DNA of 32,000 nt, taken from NCBI GenBank assembly GCA_951812855.1, contig OX638337.1, positions 150,001 to 182,000 of the forward strand. Direction: 5' to 3'. Source of the stretch: an uncultured Lentisphaeria bacterium (GTDB lineage Bacteria > Verrucomicrobiota > Lentisphaeria > JABSQK01 > JAJFLO01). This document shows, one piece after another, positions 26,684-32,000 of this stretch (positions are counted from its first letter, which is position 1; every line of letters starts with the position of its first letter). Below the pieces are notes generated by a model. It ran no database searches, was not told the DNA's origin, and was given only the letters and a program-made list of their open reading frames with translations. The translations under genes were made by a program, and so were the position numbers.

Positions 26684-26856
26684 CCGAAGGGCAACTTGAA
26701 TCCGCCATCATTGAACTACTCGGTGAGGAGGATTACCCGAATGTGTTGGGTGAGGCGATTGAGCGGCAGCGGCAGGAAGTGTTGATCAAGACATATTTAA
26801 ATGAATTTTTGACATTGACAATCAATAGGTTAGTAGACACTTTTGAAAATCAGTAG
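26665..26856 (+). pseudogene. hsdR: type I restriction enzyme HsdR N-terminal fragment
   Basis: 'TEGQLESAIIELLGEEDYPNVLGEAIERQRQEVLIKTYLNEFL' fits the common HsdR N-terminus pattern (tEa.LE.a.i..L..lGY....G..i..eR....evlL...L...L). It has only about 60 codons, starts at a TTG inside repeat C, and ends at half-repeat E. Confidence 0.5.
26836..26850 (+). repeat. right-half degenerate copy of the island repeat (GACACTTTTGAAAAT)
   Basis: Matches GACAC(CCC)TTTGAAAAT of copy C, with CCC replaced by T. It coincides with the end of the hsdR' fragment. Confidence 0.45.
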
Positions 26857-26928
26857 CTTAGATTCAATTTGGCAACTTGCAGGTCTTCTAACATGTGCTA
26901 TTTGAATACGTCTGGTTCTGGAAAGATT

Positions 26929-27654
26929 ATGACTCTATTTCTTTTTACAGCTGCAATTCTATCATCAACGATTTCTGGAATGATTGGAATGGGAGGGGGC
27001 GTAACATTACTTGCAGCAATGACTCTGGTCCTGCCATTCAATTTAATTATCCCGATTCACGGTATCGTTCAATTAGGCAGTAATTTTTTTCGAACGATTA
27101 TTTTACGGAAGAGTGTTCATAAAGCCTATTTTCGGTATTTTGCACTGGGCACCCCATTTGGTGCATGGCTGGCTTATAGAGTTTTATCCAGAATGACACA
27201 GCCAGACTGGGCACTTGCATTGATCGGTCTGGTTCTTTTATATGTCGTTTTTAAGCCAAAATATTTACCGGAAATTCGCCTCAGTGAGAAAGGGTATCTG
27301 TTTCTTGGAATGGTTGCAGGGGCACTGGGGTGTTTGATTGGGGCGACCGGACCACTGCTGGCACCGTTTTATGTCCGAACCGATCTATCTAAAGAAGAAA
27401 TGGTCTCAACCAAATCAGCATGTCAAATCACCATTCATCTTATGAAACTTCCTGTGTTCTCAGCGTTAGCCTTTAACTATTCAGAGCATGCGTTAACCAT
27501 TGGAATTATGTTGATTGCAGTCGTCATTGGCACAAAAATCGGAACCGAATTGTTACGTAAACTATCGACAACTGTTTTCTTGAATTTCATTAGAATAGTT
27601 ATGTTTCTGATTTCAATCCGACTTTTTTACAAAGTGGCTCTCGTTTATTATTGA
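26929..27654 (+). CDS. TauE/SafE-family (sulfite exporter-like) membrane permease
   Basis: About 241 aa counted from ATG 26929. It is a polytopic membrane protein with 'ISGMIGMGGGV' near the N-terminus and a second 'GATGPLLAPF' half-repeat, typical of TauE/SafE (DUF81). The upstream 20 codons of the track ORF look non-coding. Confidence 0.7.
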   Translation: MTLFLFTAAILSSTISGMIGMGGGVTLLAAMTLVLPFNLIIPIHGIVQLGSNFFRTIILRKSVHKAYFRYFALGTPFGAWLAYRVLSRMTQPDWALALIGLVLLYVVFKPKYLPEIRLSEKGYLFLGMVAGALGCLIGATGPLLAPFYVRTDLSKEEMVSTKSACQITIHLMKLPVFSALAFNYSEHALTIGIMLIAVVIGTKIGTELLRKLSTTVFLNFIRIVMFLISIRLFYKVALVYY

Positions 27655-27922
27655 CCGATTGGGGTTGAGGGGAATTGCGTGAAGCATCATTTAATTCAGG
27701 ATTCAGTGTAACTCACTGAATATTCCGTATTTCTTAATCGATGTAAACGCGTCAATGACTTAAATATTCATAGTTATAATTGTGATACTGATTCGAAGAC
27801 CCTGTCGTCGCGTTTTACTGACTTGAAAAATCCTATGTCATACCAATCACTATTGCCTTTTGGTTTGTTAATATTCACCCTGGGAATGCGAGATAATATT
27901 CAATATTCAGGACGGCTTTTCT

Positions 27923-28111
27923 GTGCCGGACATCATCATAGACGATGCTAATATGGCAGAAAACATAAATAAACGATTAAAGCGTCAAACACGCGTCGCA
28001 TCACTCTTCCCAAACGAGGAATCACGACTCAGATTGGCAAGTGCCATTTTGATCGAAATCACTGACCAACGGGAAACTGAAAAACGGGACCTGAAAGTGG
28101 ATCATAAATGA
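27923..28111 (+). pseudogene. IS256-family (mutator-type) transposase C-terminal remnant
   Basis: 'ANMAENINKRLKRQTRVASLFPNEESRLRLASAILIE' matches the IS256 C-terminal block (TN.iE.lN.eirRRt.vv.iFPn..S..RL..A.L.e). No upstream catalytic part is readable. Confidence 0.65.
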
Positions 28112-28228
28112 CCTGCGATTATCAAATTACAGAAGAAAATTTGCATTACCCTTTTAATTTAGGTTAACGAACACATTTTATAGTAGTTTCGATAGTTAAG
28201 CCTATAATTTTTAATCTGAGTATCTGTA

Positions 28229-29914
28229 ATGAAGTATTTTACATCTGAAATACTAAGTCTTCGACATATTCCCGGAAAACGGCGAAATATCACGATATTG
28301 TTTCGTTTTCTGTTGTTTTTATTAGGTCTGATTCTCCTGTGGAGTGTACTTTTTCACTATTTGATGAAACTTGAAGGACAGGATTATTCGTGGATTACAG
28401 GCATTTACTGGACATTAACAGTCATGTCAACATTGGGGTTTGGTGATATTACATTTCAAACCGATATTGGACGTATTTTTTCTATGTGTGTTCTCGTTTC
28501 CGGAACAGTTTTTATGCTTATCCTGTTACCGTTCACTTTTATTGAATTTTTCTATCAACCCTGGGTTAATGCCCAGGCAGCAGCTCGCACACCAACGATG
28601 TTGCCAGAACACGAGAAGGGGCATGTTATTTTGGTATCTTTTGATACAACAATAGCAACGCTGATCAATCGATTGGAAAAATATAATTATACATATGTGT
28701 TGTTAGTTGCTCAGTGGGAGGACGCATTGGTATTCCATGACCGTGGAATCCGGGTTGTGGTCGGAGATCCCGGTGATCCCGAAACCTATAACAAACTGCG
28801 TGTTGAAAATGCGGCACTGGTTGCTTCAATGGGGACAGATTCTTTCAATACAAATGTTGCGTTTACAGTACGTGGTCTGCATAAAAATATTCCGATAATA
28901 ACGAGAGCACGTGATCTTGATTCTGTTGATATTCTGGAATTAGCAGGTGCAACCCAGGTCATCGAACTCGGTGATATGACCGGTCGTGCCATGGCACGAC
29001 GGACCAGCAGTAACGCATTAACGCATATTGTCGGTAATTTTGACGACCTGTGTATCGCCGAAGCTGCCGCTGCAGAAACACCTCTTGTAGGAAAGAGGTT
29101 AATAGACAGTAACATCCGTGAGCATACGAATTGTACGGTGGTTGGAGTTTGGAATCGCGGTATTTTTGAGACTGTTACTCCGGATATAGAAATCACTGAA
29201 AATACGGTCTTAGTGTTAGCTGGATCCAAAGAACAGTTACAGCAATATGATGATTTCTTTTGTATATACCATATGGCCGGAAAACCGGTTGTAATAATTG
29301 GAGGCGGACGAGTTGGACGTGCTGTTGGAAAATCGTTGGCAGAACGAGATATTGATTATCGAATCGTAGAGATGAGTCCTGAACGAATTAAAGATCCGGA
29401 TAACTATGTGCAAGGTAATGCTGCGGATCGATCAGTTCTTGAAAAGGCTGGTATTTTAAAAACGCCATCGGTTGTTATTACGACCCATAATGATGATATG
29501 AATGTATATCTTTCAATCTATTGTCGCAGCTTAAGGCCGGATATGCAAATTGTCTGCCGTGCAATTCAGGAACATACGGTTGCGGCTCTAACCCGTGCCG
29601 GGGTTGATTTTGTCGTATCAGATGCGACTATGGGAGCAAATACAGTTTTTAATCTTCTGCGCAGAAGCGATATTATCATGGTAGCCGAGGGGCTGGATGT
29701 TTTTCGTATGCGGATGCCGGCTTCTCTAGTCGGAAAATCCATCGCTGACTCAGCAATTCGTGAGATAACGGGATGTTCTGTTGTTGCCGTTAAATCGAAT
29801 GGTCAAACCGAAATTAATCCGGTTCCCGATCATTTACTGAAGAAAGGATCTGAAATTGTGCTCATTGGAACCATTGCCGGTGAAGAAAAATTTGTCTCCA
29901 GGTTTGTCGATTAA
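28229..29914 (+). CDS. potassium channel with 2-TM pore and two TrkA-N/TrkA-C (RCK) modules
   Basis: 561 aa. Pore helix and filter read 'WTLTVMSTLGFGDITF' (the TxGxGD class). The second RCK has a canonical 'VVIIGGGRVGRAVG'. The first RCK ('HVILVSFDTTIATL') lacks the glycine motif. Confidence 0.8.
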   Translation: MKYFTSEILSLRHIPGKRRNITILFRFLLFLLGLILLWSVLFHYLMKLEGQDYSWITGIYWTLTVMSTLGFGDITFQTDIGRIFSMCVLVSGTVFMLILLPFTFIEFFYQPWVNAQAAARTPTMLPEHEKGHVILVSFDTTIATLINRLEKYNYTYVLLVAQWEDALVFHDRGIRVVVGDPGDPETYNKLRVENAALVASMGTDSFNTNVAFTVRGLHKNIPIITRARDLDSVDILELAGATQVIELGDMTGRAMARRTSSNALTHIVGNFDDLCIAEAAAAETPLVGKRLIDSNIREHTNCTVVGVWNRGIFETVTPDIEITENTVLVLAGSKEQLQQYDDFFCIYHMAGKPVVIIGGGRVGRAVGKSLAERDIDYRIVEMSPERIKDPDNYVQGNAADRSVLEKAGILKTPSVVITTHNDDMNVYLSIYCRSLRPDMQIVCRAIQEHTVAALTRAGVDFVVSDATMGANTVFNLLRRSDIIMVAEGLDVFRMRMPASLVGKSIADSAIREITGCSVVAVKSNGQTEINPVPDHLLKKGSEIVLIGTIAGEEKFVSRFVD

Positions 29915-30096
29915 ACGTAAACCAATTTACTCCACCCCGTATTAGTGACATTTACTATAAATCTGTACTTACCTTAGTATACAGAGTCCGGACCTCATAC
30001 CGTTATATAATAATATGACTCCGTAAATAATCAGCCCGGAAATTTCACCTGGACGGGTATTTTTATATGCATAGAAAAATTATTTTATGTCTGCAC

Positions 30097-32000
30097 TTAT
30101 CGAGTCGGGAGACGTCCTGCCTGTGTACCTGCAGTATTTTGATTTCGCATAATTGTATTATTCAGAGCCTGCGAATTTGGCGAATTCTGAAGAGTTATAC
30201 CTGTTAATACGTCATTAATCTTATTATCCCGGACAATCCACTGATCATGCTTTGAACCATCATTACTTAAAGCTCCAATCCCGACAGATACGTTATGGAT
30301 ATGATTATTCAAAATTCGTATTAACGATGTATCGGTATTCATTGCTCGAATACCATAAGACGGTGTCGCCGCACTTCCCGGGTAATCAGCAATTTCAAAC
30401 CCTTGAATTGTCACCCCGCTCACCCCGGAATCAATCGATACTGCTCTGTTGCCAATCCCGCCTGCACCATCGATTTTCGGTGCATTCGCTCCGGCTCCCG
30501 TAACTGATGCTGCGGGTAAATCACCTGTAATTGTCAAATCACCCTTTGTAATTGCAATACTCTCGTTATAAGTCCCCTGATTAACGTTTACCCGGCCTGC
30601 GTTAATCTGACCGGCACGATCGATACCGTCCTGAATTGTTGCGAATGCATCAATTCCAACCACTGAACTGCCGGCATCAACTGCTGTAAACGGGAAATCA
30701 ACTGCGTTACCATTTGATAAATGGGCATAGGCAGCATCTACCCAAATAGTCCCGGGTTTTGAATTCATAAAAAATACCGTTGCAGTTTCTGTATCTTTCT
30801 GCGGCGGATTACCATTATCAATTGCATCAACTACAAATGATAACGCAACCGGAGTTGAAAAATCTTTACCTGAAATATTGGTGGTAACCGCACCTGTAGT
30901 TGGATCTATTGCAACTGTTACACCGGGTAAATCTGAAACCACAGTATTATTAACTGCATAGCGAACCGTATCGCCTGCGTCATTATCAATTGCCTTGACA
31001 GTGCCTACAGATGCATTGGCAGAATCAGACTGCTGATCTTTGAACACAAAAAACTGTAACGGAGTATCCTGAATAACGGGGGGTTGCTTTAGTAATATCT
31101 CTACCGTTGCTGTATTTGAGGATAATGATCCGTCTGATAATGTATAAGTAAACTCATCCCGAAAATCTGCGGTATTACCATCATGTTCATAGCTGAACGT
31201 ACCATCCGCCCCCAAATTAAAATTCTTTGAAAAACTGGGCGATTTTTCTATACTGACAGTCAAATCAGTCAATAAATTATCAACATCAGAATCATTATCC
31301 CGAACGCTTGTTTTGCCATTAATAAGGCGGGTAACAACACCACCCGGGGTTGTTACGATTTGATCATCATGTGCTATAGGCGCATCATTCACGGCTTCGA
31401 TTTTGATTGTAACATCAGCTTCAGAGATTACACCACCTGCTGTAACTGAAAACTTAAATGTATCATCACCGAACTTATCTTTATTCGGAGTATATGTTAG
31501 AGCTCCGGTCGCAGAATCAAGTCCGGATAACGTTCCTGTTTTCGGTTGATCAACAATAGTAAATACAGTTGAATCGATTCCATCCGTCACATCCGGATCT
31601 GTTCCTGAAAGTGTTATCTGTAATCCGGCTGCCCCGTCAGTGTCATCGGCATTATCTTCTTTCATTTGAACATTGGGTTGAGGATTTGCGACAATTGCAG
31701 TATCAACAATTGTAACCTCACTGCTTCCACCTTGTGCAGAGACAAGAGGAGTTGCTTCATCATAAGGATTTGTTAATGCCCGTGATGTCAATTTCACCTT
31801 ATGACCCTTTTTAAATTTATCAGCAGCCAGACTGGCACCTTCTACGCCGGCCGCTTCTGTCGTCAGATTTTCCCATGTATGTTCATAACCGGATACTGCG
31901 TCACCGTCCGGATCAGTCGAAGGAGTGTCTACTGTTGGAGTTAACACATCAGTGGTTTTTGGAGTAACCGGTGTAATTGAAACAGTGGGTGCCGACGCAG
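30097..32000 (-). CDS. C-terminal part of a very large surface/adhesin-like protein (cadherin-like tandem repeats plus right-handed beta-helix), 5'-partial
   Basis: The frame stays open to the window edge, and the track's 'M' at 31947 is an internal GTG. Repeats carry 'VNDAPIAHDD', 'NDSDVDN..LT', 'DGTFSYEHDGN...DEFTYTLSDG' (the cadherin-like/tandem-95 type). The last ~230 aa have PbH1-like repeats ('VTIQGFEI', 'IRILNNHIHNV', 'IVRDNKINDV', 'ITLQNSPNSQALNNTI'). Confidence 0.75.
   Translation of the reverse strand, partial: ASAPTVSITPVTPKTTDVLTPTVDTPSTDPDGDAVSGYEHTWENLTTEAAGVEGASLAADKFKKGHKVKLTSRALTNPYDEATPLVSAQGGSSEVTIVDTAIVANPQPNVQMKEDNADDTDGAAGLQITLSGTDPDVTDGIDSTVFTIVDQPKTGTLSGLDSATGALTYTPNKDKFGDDTFKFSVTAGGVISEADVTIKIEAVNDAPIAHDDQIVTTPGGVVTRLINGKTSVRDNDSDVDNLLTDLTVSIEKSPSFSKNFNLGADGTFSYEHDGNTADFRDEFTYTLSDGSLSSNTATVEILLKQPPVIQDTPLQFFVFKDQQSDSANASVGTVKAIDNDAGDTVRYAVNNTVVSDLPGVTVAIDPTTGAVTTNISGKDFSTPVALSFVVDAIDNGNPPQKDTETATVFFMNSKPGTIWVDAAYAHLSNGNAVDFPFTAVDAGSSVVGIDAFATIQDGIDRAGQINAGRVNVNQGTYNESIAITKGDLTITGDLPAASVTGAGANAPKIDGAGGIGNRAVSIDSGVSGVTIQGFEIADYPGSAATPSYGIRAMNTDTSLIRILNNHIHNVSVGIGALSNDGSKHDQWIVRDNKINDVLTGITLQNSPNSQALNNTIMRNQNTAGTQAGRLPTR

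Noticed and set aside
1201-30503. Many short track ORFs nested in, or antisense to, longer conserved genes. Examples: 1201-1434(-), 1433-1627, 2173-2424, 2348-2614, 2818-3117, 3883-4086, 4848-5045(-), 6830-7015, 7218-7427, 7288-7491, 9158-9355, 9437-9631, 11587-11811, 12393-12629(-), 12509-12694(-), 13174-13434, 13307-13579(-), 15486-15686, 16362-16583, 17295-17498, 19287-19526, 19890-20105(-), 20390-20617(-), 20408-20755, 21841-22059, 23625-24032(-), 26895-27083, 28440-28655, 28707-28898, 28786-29229(-), 30252-30503.
   Set aside because: Each overlaps a longer ORF that has clear family motifs. Their translations are low-complexity or compositionally odd, and none has a convincing RBS. I treat them as shadow ORFs.

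Overview
The window is about 32 kb from an AT-rich diderm bacterium. Taxon is not assignable from sequence alone, and no database search was possible. Spot counts of 60-nt lines give roughly 38-42% GC in typical backbone genes.

**1-22 kb: mostly housekeeping.**
- prmC, tRNA-Glu(UUC), an MBL-fold hydrolase, a NagZ-like GH3, an SSF transporter and a UvrD/PcrA-type helicase.
- An rsmD-lysA-dapF block, an SPFH protein and leuCD.
- A small decayed patch: an internally deleted IS30-type transposase remnant plus a small nucleotidyltransferase-fold gene.
- An RND efflux operon in which the RND permease and the NodT-type outer-membrane factor are one continuous 1549-aa ORF with an internal lipoprotein signal.
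- An M14 peptidase and a GT2 glycosyltransferase.

**About 22.26-28.2 kb: a mosaic accessory island.** It starts inside a second, truncated GT2 gene and ends at an IS256-type transposase remnant. It is punctuated by three same-orientation copies of a 29-nt sequence (ATAAAACTAAGGAYACCCCTTTGAAAATA) plus two half-copies. Every copy lies at or next to a gene fragment (GT2', upp', hsdR').
- Segment 1 (about 28-30% GC) is a tight three-gene module: a lipoprotein, a secreted protein, and a GIY-YIG(T5orf172)+DUF4357 protein.
- Segment 2 (about 50-58% GC) is an MvaI/BcnI-type type II R-M pair. The methyltransferase reading frame begins inside a frameshifted upp fragment.

**Right edge.** A TauE/SafE permease, a K+ channel with tandem RCK domains, and the C-terminal 630+ aa of a giant cadherin-like/beta-helix surface protein that runs off the window.

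All functional calls rest on motifs read from the translations and recalled family knowledge. None is verified by alignment.
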